Part shown: in pieces, positions 47,205 to 55,561 of the stretch
Layout of the letters: every line of letters begins with the position of its first letter
Position numbering within the stretch: position 1 is the stretch's first letter
Source of the DNA: an uncultured Acidobacteriota bacterium
GTDB lineage: Bacteria > Acidobacteriota > JAQAZP01
Direction: 5' to 3'
Length of the DNA stretch: 64,000 bases
NCBI GenBank assembly: GCA_963836075.1
Contig: CAWIIB010000001.1
Coordinates: forward strand, 1,152,001-1,216,000
Notes under the pieces: generated by a model
What the model saw: only the letters and a program-made list of their open reading frames with translations
The model's database searches: none
What the model was told of the DNA's origin: nothing
Position numbers and translations under genes: made by a program

Positions 47205-48125
47205 TCACCCGTTGCGCACGTGATCCCTGATCAGGCCCGCTGCTCCGAACGCACCAACCTGCGGGCCGAGGGCCGACGTCTCGATGAGAGCATGACCCGC
47301 CGATTCGTTGAAGGCGCGGCGCCGGACTTCGTCGCGCACCGTCTGCAGATAGTTGTGACCGATCAGGGGTACACCACCGGTCAGCACCACCAGGTCAGGA
47401 TTGAAGATGTTGATGATGTTGGCCACCCCGGCCCCCAGGGCCCGGGCGCCCTCCTCGACGGCCTGGGCGGCGGCCTTGTCGCCGCTCCGCGCTGCCGCGG
47501 CAACGCTCTCCACGGTGACCGGCGCGGGAAGATCCTTGACTCCCAGTTCCAGGGCCCGTCGGGAGATGGCGCTTCCCGAAGCCAGGGTGTTCAGGCACCC
47601 CCGATTGCCGCACCAGCAGCTCCGGCCCTGCCACTGGATGGTGGTGTTGCCGAACTCGGCGGACGTTCCGGTGGACCCGCGGTAGAGCCGACCGTCGATG
47701 ATGATCGCCCCGCCGATGCCCGTGCCCACGGTGAGCAGGATCATGTTCAATCCCGGCGGGGAGCCGCGGGCCAGCCACTCGCCGTAACCGGCGGCGGTGG
47801 CGTCGTTGTCCACCAGGCAGGGCAGGCCGTCCAGCCCCCGGGAGAGCATGGCGGCCAGGTGGACCTGGTCCCATCCGGGAAGGATCACCGAACTGAGAAC
47901 CAGTCCCTGCCGCATGTCCACCAGACCGGCGAACCCGACACCCACACCGCGCGGGGTCCCGTGCCGGCCCGCAAGATCGCGGCCCACACCGATGGCACGT
48001 TCGATGACCCGCTGCGGTCCGTCCTCGCGCCCCGTGGCAATCTTCAGCGTGTCCAGGACACGGAGGTCCTCCGATACGGCGGCGCCCAGGATCTTTGTCC
48101 CCCCGATGTCGAGGCCCAGATACAT
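47205..48125 (-). CDS. ROK family kinase with altered sugar-binding residues
   Basis: DIGGTK, NDATAA, GTGIGG, EFGN, CWCGNRGCLN. Confidence 0.9.
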   Translation of the reverse strand: MYLGLDIGGTKILGAAVSEDLRVLDTLKIATGREDGPQRVIERAIGVGRDLAGRHGTPRGVGVGFAGLVDMRQGLVLSSVILPGWDQVHLAAMLSRGLDGLPCLVDNDATAAGYGEWLARGSPPGLNMILLTVGTGIGGAIIIDGRLYRGSTGTSAEFGNTTIQWQGRSCWCGNRGCLNTLASGSAISRRALELGVKDLPAPVTVESVAAAARSGDKAAAQAVEEGARALGAGVANIINIFNPDLVVLTGGVPLIGHNYLQTVRDEVRRRAFNESAGHALIETSALGPQVGAFGAAGLIRDHVRNG

Positions 48126-48159
48126 CGTCTTGCCTCCACCCGCACGACCGGTCCGAGAA

Positions 48160-48918
48160 TCAGCCGGGGGGATCCTCAAACCCGCCAAGCTCGTCGGGAT
48201 CCAGCCCGAAAGCGGCCGGATCCCTGGCCACCATGGCATAACCGGTGTTCAGGTCATCCTCGTCGTTGATATCGATCCATGGTTCCTGGTGATGATGCTC
48301 CATGACGACCATCCCGGCAGCCAGGGCCCGCTGTACCAGATCAGGAAAGGGGAGTACTTCGCCACGCTTCAGAAGGGCGATGAGCCGCGGTTCGATACAG
48401 TAGATTCCGGAAGATATCCGGTATTCCTTCACTGGCTTTTCCACGTAACCGGTCACCCGGTTTCCCGTGTCACTGAAGACCTCTCCCAGCTTCAGACGGA
48501 CCCGCTCCGTGTGGGTGGGGATGGTCATGTCGGCCCCGGCCCCGCGGTGGAAAGCCAGCAGAGCCCTGAGGTCGATTCCCGAAAGCAGATCACCGTTGGC
48601 CGTCAACACGGTGCGGCCCAGATTCCTCAGTTCCACCAGGGCGCCGATGGTGCCCTGGGGACGGGGTTCAACAATGAAGTGCAGGGCCGAACGGCGGAAG
48701 AGGCAACTCCGTTTCAGGTGGTCCATGATCTCGTCGGCCCGATGATGGAGGGCGACGTGAATGTCCTGGACGCCCGCGGCGATGAGCTGCCGGACGGTGA
48801 TCTCGATGAGCGGGATACCGCCCAGTTTGACCAGCGGCTTGGGCACGGTGGGCCTGGTCCGGGCCATGCGCCGCCCTTCGCCGCCGGCCATGATCACTGC
48901 CGATACGTTCTGGGGCAT
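48160..48918 (-). CDS. sugar-phosphate nucleotidyltransferase
   Basis: IMAGGEGRRM..PKPL, EPRPQGT, NGDLL, EKP, WIDI. Confidence 0.9.
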   Translation of the reverse strand: MPQNVSAVIMAGGEGRRMARTRPTVPKPLVKLGGIPLIEITVRQLIAAGVQDIHVALHHRADEIMDHLKRSCLFRRSALHFIVEPRPQGTIGALVELRNLGRTVLTANGDLLSGIDLRALLAFHRGAGADMTIPTHTERVRLKLGEVFSDTGNRVTGYVEKPVKEYRISSGIYCIEPRLIALLKRGEVLPFPDLVQRALAAGMVVMEHHHQEPWIDINDEDDLNTGYAMVARDPAAFGLDPDELGGFEDPPG

Positions 48919-48930
48919 CTGTCCCGTCCT

Positions 48931-49302
48931 TCAGACCCTGACCTCGATCACGAACAGTTTCAGCGGGTCTTTGCCGTCATTGCACAGCCCATGGGTACCG
49001 CCGGGCCGATTGAGAACCACGCTCCCCGGCCTGACGCGGAATTCCCGTCCATCGAGGTGCATCAGCCCCTCACCCTCCAATACGAGATACAACTCCTCGC
49101 TCGCGCCGTGGGTGTGCCTGCCGATGGAACTTCCCGGCGGCAGGACGGCATAGTCGATAAAATTCCACGGCCCGCTGAAGTCTCCCGCCTCCCGGGCCCT
49201 GTTGAAGAGAATCTTCCCCGCACCGCCATGGGCCTGCACCTCATCCAGGGGCAACTGGTCCAGATTGAACACCTGCCGGTAGTGGCTTTCCGGACTGTTC
49301 AT
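48931..49302 (-). CDS. cupin domain protein
   Basis: PGSSIGRHTH..EELYLVLEGEG..PGGTHGL. Confidence 0.9.
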   Translation of the reverse strand: MNSPESHYRQVFNLDQLPLDEVQAHGGAGKILFNRAREAGDFSGPWNFIDYAVLPPGSSIGRHTHGASEELYLVLEGEGLMHLDGREFRVRPGSVVLNRPGGTHGLCNDGKDPLKLFVIEVRV

Positions 49303-49312
49303 TATCGCACCA

Positions 49313-50353
49313 TCAATCCCGCTGCCGCAGCACGTGCCTCCGCAGCAGCCAGTAACACGGCGTGAGCTGGAACCTCAACTGGTCGGTGTCGAGGTGCTGG
49401 CCCACGCCGATCCGGCGCAGTTCGAGGGCCGGGGCCCGCCCGATGACATTGGCGCCCCACACGGTGGTGAACGCGGCCAGGAATCCGTTTTCCTCCAGCA
49501 CCCGGCGGGTGGTGGCGTTGAACGTACCGCGCCGGCCGTTGGGATAGCAGAAGACGGGATGGTCCTGTCCCACCTGCTCCCGGATCAGCCGGCGACTGGT
49601 CCGCACCTCGGTGACCATCTCCGGCTCCGGGAGCCGGGCCATTATCGGGTGGGTGTGGGTGTGGGGAGCGATGTCCAGGCCCTCACCGGCCAGCCGGCGC
49701 AGATCGTCCCAGTTGAGCAGGCTGTCCTCACGCCGCGGAGTGACATCCAACTGCTGCTGCAACCGGTCGAGACGGTCCAGGCGCTGCTGGTTGGGGAGTT
49801 CGATGAGCACGTCGATGATCCTTACAGTGGCTTCCCGTCGCGCCCGGTGCCCGTCCAACCCCACCGGCTCCATATTGTCCAGACTGACCTCCCCCGCTCT
49901 GGTCCGGCTGATCATCTGGTGCACCGCATCCCACCAGAAAACACGCGTTTCATCTCCGGGGTAGGCCGTGGGGACAAACAGCAGGGCCGGAAGGCCCATC
50001 TCCCTGAGCAGGGGCCAGGCGTGCTCGGCAAAGTCGCCGTAGCCATCGTCGAAGGTCAACAGCACAGCGCGCGGAGGAAGCGGCCGGCCTTCCCGGACGG
50101 CTTCGACTAACTGCCGCACCGGGATGATGCTGTATCGTCGCTGAAGGAAGCGGACCTGCTCGGCGAAATCCTCGGGCGAAGCACAGCAGAGATCGGGATC
50201 GAGGGAATCACCCTCCCGCTCCGGCCGGCCGATACGGTGAAAGGTGATCACCCGGAGCGTGTTCCGCGGCTGGCGGTCCAGGCGCTCCAGCGCGCCCAGC
50301 ACACCGGAGAACCGGAACGACTTCCCGATGGCTGATTTCAGACTGTGGGGCAT
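49313..50353 (-). CDS. polysaccharide deacetylase (CE4/NodB-like)
   Basis: FHRI, LTFDDGY, HTHTHP, FCYPNG. Confidence 0.9.
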   Translation of the reverse strand: MPHSLKSAIGKSFRFSGVLGALERLDRQPRNTLRVITFHRIGRPEREGDSLDPDLCCASPEDFAEQVRFLQRRYSIIPVRQLVEAVREGRPLPPRAVLLTFDDGYGDFAEHAWPLLREMGLPALLFVPTAYPGDETRVFWWDAVHQMISRTRAGEVSLDNMEPVGLDGHRARREATVRIIDVLIELPNQQRLDRLDRLQQQLDVTPRREDSLLNWDDLRRLAGEGLDIAPHTHTHPIMARLPEPEMVTEVRTSRRLIREQVGQDHPVFCYPNGRRGTFNATTRRVLEENGFLAAFTTVWGANVIGRAPALELRRIGVGQHLDTDQLRFQLTPCYWLLRRHVLRQRD

Positions 50354-50751
50354 GGACCGCTCATCCTTGTTTGGGTGTCGCAACTCCTATCGGCGCAAAT
50401 TGTACAACACCGTGAGGGGATTTGCCCATTGATGACATGCGGGACACCACTACTCTTCCGCCGAGGGTGATACCAGCATCGGACCGGGCAGGGGCCCACC
50501 CGGCCCCCGATCCCCTCGGTGAGCGTCCCCCGGGCAGATGCGCCTGATCAGTCAAAACCGTTGCCGCCTGAACGGGGAGTGTTGCCTCAACTGGAGAAAA
50601 GGGCAGGGTACAATCAGGAACGCCGGAGCTTCGACCCCAGACCATCCGATGTGGCTCTTTGAGTTCCTGGGGCCTGGTCCAGGCAGTTGCTATCGACCAT
50701 TGTGGGGCAGACGCAGTTACTCCGCTACAAATGAGCTTGCCAGCCGGTTCA

Positions 50752-53700
50752 TCATGGAGCGCCGAGGAGGATGAAGGCCGCCCAGTAGTGGGGATCCGAG
50801 TATGGATGGGATGGGGGAGCCGCAGCCTGTGCGGCTCCTTCTTGCGGGGAGCGAACGATCTCATCGTCATCTCCTGATTCAGGCTGATGGAGCTGATGCA
50901 GTTTTTGAAAAGTCAATTCCCGTAACCATTTCTTTGCCTCATGAAGCGCCTCGGCCCTGGGCATCGGCAACCCAGGGTCGTAAGTATGAACTCCCACGTG
51001 CCGTATATCGCTAAAAGCCCCAAGGCAGTTCTCATAGAAGCGGGACATCAGCAGCCGGGTGGCCCGGTCGTCCACCGGCCAGAGGCTGAGCAGCAGGCTG
51101 CGAGCCCCGGCGACGAACAGTGCCTGGGAGAACCCCAGATACCCCTCCCCTCCCGATTCCACACCGAGGGCCGTATCACAGCCGCTGAACACCACCAGGT
51201 CTGCGTTGAGCCTCCAGGTCCGTACGATCTGCTCACCGGTCAATCGCCCATCGTATACTTCCTTTTGCTGAAGCACCCGCTCGGTGGAATCGGGCAGCTG
51301 ATCCCGGGACAGGATCAGTGCCGACCGCATGGCCATGCGGTCGTCCATCACAGCGTGGGTGGCGAAGTGGAGGTAATTGAATTTTCGAAGTTCTCCCGAG
51401 GACGCCAGCCGCTCCAACCGTTGTTCACTTGCCTCGGATCCGAGCAGGATCAGCTGAGAATTGTCATTATCAGTGGTCTTGAATAGGCGACCGATGGCCT
51501 GCACTTCGTGACGGCTCTGGGGCAGCGGGCAATAGGACGGCCCCCTGATCCGACCGGCGATCTCTTCAAGTGCCGATTCACCTCCTGCCAACGGGGAAGA
51601 ATCTCTTGTTCCGCCCCCCTTCCTGAACACCGGATCCCCCAGCGCGAGCAGCGATGTGGCCCGTTTTCGCTCCGACGGATCACCCGGGTGTCCACCCCGC
51701 GTGCCAAGCCAGGCAAACATGGTCCCTGAGGGTGCGTAGCTCACCGTATAACCAGCAGCGAGGGTTTCCACCGGGACCCCGGCCATCTGGCCGGCCGGCA
51801 GTACGACAAGTTGCCGAACATCGCGCAGCAATTTCTCGACGGGCTGAAAACGCTGGAGATAGAGACGCTGGCAGAGTGCCGCACGCCCCCGGTCCGATCC
51901 GCCGAGAGCCCGGGTTCGCAGAGTTTCCCTGACACGGCCGGCCAGATCACGATCCGCCGCTGTCCAGGCGCCCCCCTCTCCGGTGCCGGGCAGTTCAATC
52001 CAAACGGGTTCTCCCCCGCTTCTGACAACACAGGCCCAGTGGGATTCCAGCGGCTGTCCCAGAGGCTCTGTTTCCACATCCAGCCATCCCACGATGGCGG
52101 CATCGGGCTCCAGGTGCGACTGGATCCGCGGCAGGCTGAGCACGTCGCCGGCGGCCACACCGTATTTCCTGGAGATTTCAACTTCGAACGAGGCCAGATC
52201 CACTTGCAGGGCAACCCGTTCCCTTGACAATCGTGACAATTCGGTGGAGTCTCCCTCCGCGCCGTCCAGTGCACGGCGCAGTGCGCTCATCTGCTCGTCA
52301 ATTCCGATGAGCCGGGAGTTGAGTTCGGTCTCCTGCTGACGTTCACCGGACGTCAACGGCCGGACGTGCCGGGCGGACAGCGTGTCGAGAAGCCCGCGCG
52401 CCAGATTTGTTTCCATCTGCTGCCAGGCCTCGCACGGCCGCCCGGCCCCGGCCAGACAGGCGGCCAGTGCCGGGAGCGGGGACCGCCGGGCCGTGAAGTG
52501 GACCCGGTCCAGCCCGCCGAGGCCGGCTCGCAGACGTGCGGAATCAAAACCCGCCGCAGCGTCACGCCAGAACGTCTCGGCTTCGGTCTTTTGTCCCAGG
52601 AGCGTTTTGATCAGGGCCAGCGCGCTGAGGCTGTCCACAACATCCGGATGCTGGGGCCCGAGAATCCGTCGCTGTCCCTCCAGCGCCCGACGGTACATGG
52701 TCTCCGCCTCGGCCAGCCGGCCCTGCCCCAGACGCAGTCGGCCCAGCCGGGCCACCGTCTGCAAGGCTTCGCGGTTACCTTTCAACGGCGACGCATCATA
52801 GTGGTCTCGTGTTTCGAGCAGCAGCGTTTCAGCCTCGGCATATCTTGCCTGCTTCATCAGCAGCTCAGCCAGGCCGCTGGCAACCCTCAGCGTCTTCTGG
52901 CTGTCCGCGCCCATCAGGGGTTCGATCCCGGCCAGAGCTTCGCGAAAAAGCGTTTCCGACTGGTCGAACCGGCCCAGTTCCAACATCAATCTGGCCAGGT
53001 AGAAGCTGTAATAGTGGGCGTATACGTCGTCCGGACCGATGGTTTGGATGAATTCCTGGCGACCCTCCCTCAGGAGTTCCTCGGCTTCGATTAGCCGTCC
53101 TTGACGATAAAGCATGTCGCACACGTCGAATAGGGCGAAATGCATGAAGTAATTCATCGTGGATTTACCACTGGTGGCGCTGCCACCGGCCGCCTGTACC
53201 CGGCGGAAGCACTCGAATTCATCCAGCAGGAGGACCTCGGCCTCGGCCAGCCGGCCCTGGTCCAGGAGCACCATTCCCAGCCAGGCCATGATGTAATGTG
53301 TCTCCCAGTGGTCGGCGCCGAGGAGCTGACGAGTCGCTTCGAGACAGGTGCGGCCGATACGCTCCGCCTCATCGAGCCGGCCCATGTCCCTGAGCAGCGC
53401 GATCAGACGGGTTACGTTCCACTGTGTGTCTGAGTGGTCGTCACCAAGGACGCGACGCAGCCCGTCCTGCGCCTGCCGCAGGCACTGTTCGGCTTCCTCC
53501 ATGTAGCCGTAGTACCATAACGTGTTCCCCAGGTCGCTCCGGGCAAGCAGAGTCAGGAAGTGGTCGTCGCCGAGGATCCGCCGGTATATCTCGCATACCA
53601 TTCGTTCCCGGTCCAGTCGTGTGCTGTCCCTCCAGATGTGTTTCACACCCCGTTCCGATGCTATGGCATATGCCTCGGCCAATTCGTCCTGCTGATGCTG

Positions 53701-54063
53701 CGGCAAAGCGGCAGCGAAACGGAAATAGGCGAGACGTTTCTCGGCGTAGCGGGTTTTCCAATGAGCAGAACCCTGAACACGCTGACGGATGGCGAGGATC
53801 TCTTCGGCCGGCCGGATGGCGTCCCCGTGCACTCCCTCGAGACGCGCTGACCGGATCAATTTGGACAACTCATCGATTCGCGCCAGATCTTCTTCAGACA
53901 AGGTGGGTTCCACCCGGGAAGTGTCTTCCTCGTTGTGCGTGTCTTCTATGGCTGCCGGCACCTGTGCCGATACTTTCTCGACAGGAGCAGGAGAGACGGA
54001 CAACAACAGAGCCGAGAGGATTACCGGCGTCAAGCGAAACAATGATCGTATGATGGTGCTCAT
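50752..54063 (-). CDS. signal peptide + TPR repeats + CHAT (caspase-like) protease
   Basis: Kinesin-light-chain-type TPRs (ILGDDHFLT, LLGADHWET, ILGPQHPDV), LALGDP, LPQSRHEV, LHFATH, FSGCDT, SLWPVDD, HYWAAF. Confidence 0.92.
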   Translation of the reverse strand: MSTIIRSLFRLTPVILSALLLSVSPAPVEKVSAQVPAAIEDTHNEEDTSRVEPTLSEEDLARIDELSKLIRSARLEGVHGDAIRPAEEILAIRQRVQGSAHWKTRYAEKRLAYFRFAAALPQHQQDELAEAYAIASERGVKHIWRDSTRLDRERMVCEIYRRILGDDHFLTLLARSDLGNTLWYYGYMEEAEQCLRQAQDGLRRVLGDDHSDTQWNVTRLIALLRDMGRLDEAERIGRTCLEATRQLLGADHWETHYIMAWLGMVLLDQGRLAEAEVLLLDEFECFRRVQAAGGSATSGKSTMNYFMHFALFDVCDMLYRQGRLIEAEELLREGRQEFIQTIGPDDVYAHYYSFYLARLMLELGRFDQSETLFREALAGIEPLMGADSQKTLRVASGLAELLMKQARYAEAETLLLETRDHYDASPLKGNREALQTVARLGRLRLGQGRLAEAETMYRRALEGQRRILGPQHPDVVDSLSALALIKTLLGQKTEAETFWRDAAAGFDSARLRAGLGGLDRVHFTARRSPLPALAACLAGAGRPCEAWQQMETNLARGLLDTLSARHVRPLTSGERQQETELNSRLIGIDEQMSALRRALDGAEGDSTELSRLSRERVALQVDLASFEVEISRKYGVAAGDVLSLPRIQSHLEPDAAIVGWLDVETEPLGQPLESHWACVVRSGGEPVWIELPGTGEGGAWTAADRDLAGRVRETLRTRALGGSDRGRAALCQRLYLQRFQPVEKLLRDVRQLVVLPAGQMAGVPVETLAAGYTVSYAPSGTMFAWLGTRGGHPGDPSERKRATSLLALGDPVFRKGGGTRDSSPLAGGESALEEIAGRIRGPSYCPLPQSRHEVQAIGRLFKTTDNDNSQLILLGSEASEQRLERLASSGELRKFNYLHFATHAVMDDRMAMRSALILSRDQLPDSTERVLQQKEVYDGRLTGEQIVRTWRLNADLVVFSGCDTALGVESGGEGYLGFSQALFVAGARSLLLSLWPVDDRATRLLMSRFYENCLGAFSDIRHVGVHTYDPGLPMPRAEALHEAKKWLRELTFQKLHQLHQPESGDDDEIVRSPQEGAAQAAAPPSHPYSDPHYWAAFILLGAP

Positions 54064-54830
54064 GGGTTTTGAGGAACATTCCTGACGTCAAGCTTACACG
54101 TGCCGAAAGGTGGATCGCCTCTCTTCCGGTGGAGCTGCAGGAAATACATGCCGGGCTCCGAAAATCTGAGCGGCAACAGCAGGCTCAGGTCAGGTCCGAT
54201 GACCGCATCGAGCACTTCTGGCTGCCCCTGCCCGTCTGTCACAACACAATGAACATTGTCGCCGGGAAGGAACTCGGGATCGTCCAGGCGGTAGTCGATG
54301 ATGACCACCTCGCCAACCTGCAATCGTTCGACCGCCCCATCTTCCCCGGCGGAACGGCTCACCGACTGCTCAAACCCGATGAACCGCGCCGTTCCCAGCA
54401 GCTCGATCGGCGGTTCCGTCGTCACCCGGCCGGCATAGACCACCAGCATCAGCAGTGCGATTCCGGCGGCCAACGGCACATAGAGGGGAACATTCACCTG
54501 CCAGAGCCAGTCGAGCATCTTGATGGGACCCGCGCGCCCGGCACTTCTCTCAAATCCCAGCCGCCGGGCCACATCATCGACCTCCTTCACCTGCCGGCGG
54601 CGGTAGGCAACACTTAAACCACTCACCTCCTCTGATTCCGCCAGCCGTTCCAGAACCATGGCGCAGCTCGGGCAGTTGTGCAGGTGCAGTTCGAGAAGCC
54701 GCGAATCCTCCCCGCTCAGCTCACCGTCCAGGTGACCCGCCAGTTCCTCCGGGGAAGGACAGTCCCGTCGTGCACTGCGGATTCGCCGAATCTCCTCGTC
54801 GATCTCGTGGTGACTGTTGTTCATGCTCAC
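54060..54830 (-). CDS. zinc-binding (ZAS) membrane anti-sigma factor
   Basis: CPSPEELAGHLDGEL..HLHNCPSC, one TM (LYVPLAAGIALLMLVVYA), beta-rich C-terminal domain. Confidence 0.85.
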   Translation of the reverse strand: MSMNNSHHEIDEEIRRIRSARRDCPSPEELAGHLDGELSGEDSRLLELHLHNCPSCAMVLERLAESEEVSGLSVAYRRRQVKEVDDVARRLGFERSAGRAGPIKMLDWLWQVNVPLYVPLAAGIALLMLVVYAGRVTTEPPIELLGTARFIGFEQSVSRSAGEDGAVERLQVGEVVIIDYRLDDPEFLPGDNVHCVVTDGQGQPEVLDAVIGPDLSLLLPLRFSEPGMYFLQLHRKRGDPPFGTCKLDVRNVPQNP

Positions 54831-55381
54831 CCTTTTTTTCGCGAGAAATATGCCTTTACTTCACTTCTGCTGAGCCCCTGGCTCCCCGTCAGGATTTCAG
54901 TCAATATCTTGCGGGACTTGTTCAGACAGTAACGAACCGTACTGATCTTCAGCGCGAACAGCTCGGCAATTTCCTCGTCTTTTTTGCCCTCGAAGTAGGC
55001 CAACTCGAAGATCCCCCGGTCAGGATCAGGCAGCGGCAGCTTCCGATCCATCGACCGTTTGCGGACCAGGTCATCCTCCTGGTGGGCCGCCGTGGACACT
55101 TCCTGCTTCTCCAGTGCCGACGGATTGGCGTACTTCCACTTCACATCCCGCTGGATGTAATCGATCAGCAGATTTCGGAACGCCCGGTACAGATATTTTT
55201 CGGCCTCCTCACGACTGCCCAGTTGTCGGTCCTTTTCCAGCAACCGGGTGAACAACTCCTGGAGCAGGTCGGGGACCTTGTTCCGGTCGAACAGCGCTCC
55301 GCTGGCCCTCCGGTGGAGGGTGGATGCATGCTCGTGGTAGAGCCACTCCACGGTCTTCTTCCAGTTCATATAACCGGCCAT
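54827..55381 (-). CDS. ECF sigma-70 factor
   Basis: DLLQELF, YLYRAFRNLLIDY (region 2); LPDPDRGIFELAYFEG..EIAELF..STVRYCL (region 4); start uncertain. Confidence 0.85.
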   Translation of the reverse strand: MAGYMNWKKTVEWLYHEHASTLHRRASGALFDRNKVPDLLQELFTRLLEKDRQLGSREEAEKYLYRAFRNLLIDYIQRDVKWKYANPSALEKQEVSTAAHQEDDLVRKRSMDRKLPLPDPDRGIFELAYFEGKKDEEIAELFALKISTVRYCLNKSRKILTEILTGSQGLSRSEVKAYFSRKKG

Positions 55382-55561
55382 CGGCAAAAAATGTGAAATA
55401 TGTGGTTGCTGGGGGATTCCACCACCCACTCTAGCAAAATTTCTTCCAATTTTCACAATTTTTCATTCTTCACGGTTATACCCCACGGCGGGGGAAGTGC
55501 TGCAGCCTCCCCTTACGGCTTTTTTCCCTCAATCTCTTTTGACTCTAAGGAGGAAGCTGAC

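Noticed and set aside
50752-55381. Craspase / type III-E CRISPR locus
   Set aside because: No cas7-11, other cas genes or repeat-spacer array was seen in the window; only the protease/anti-sigma/sigma logic is analogous.
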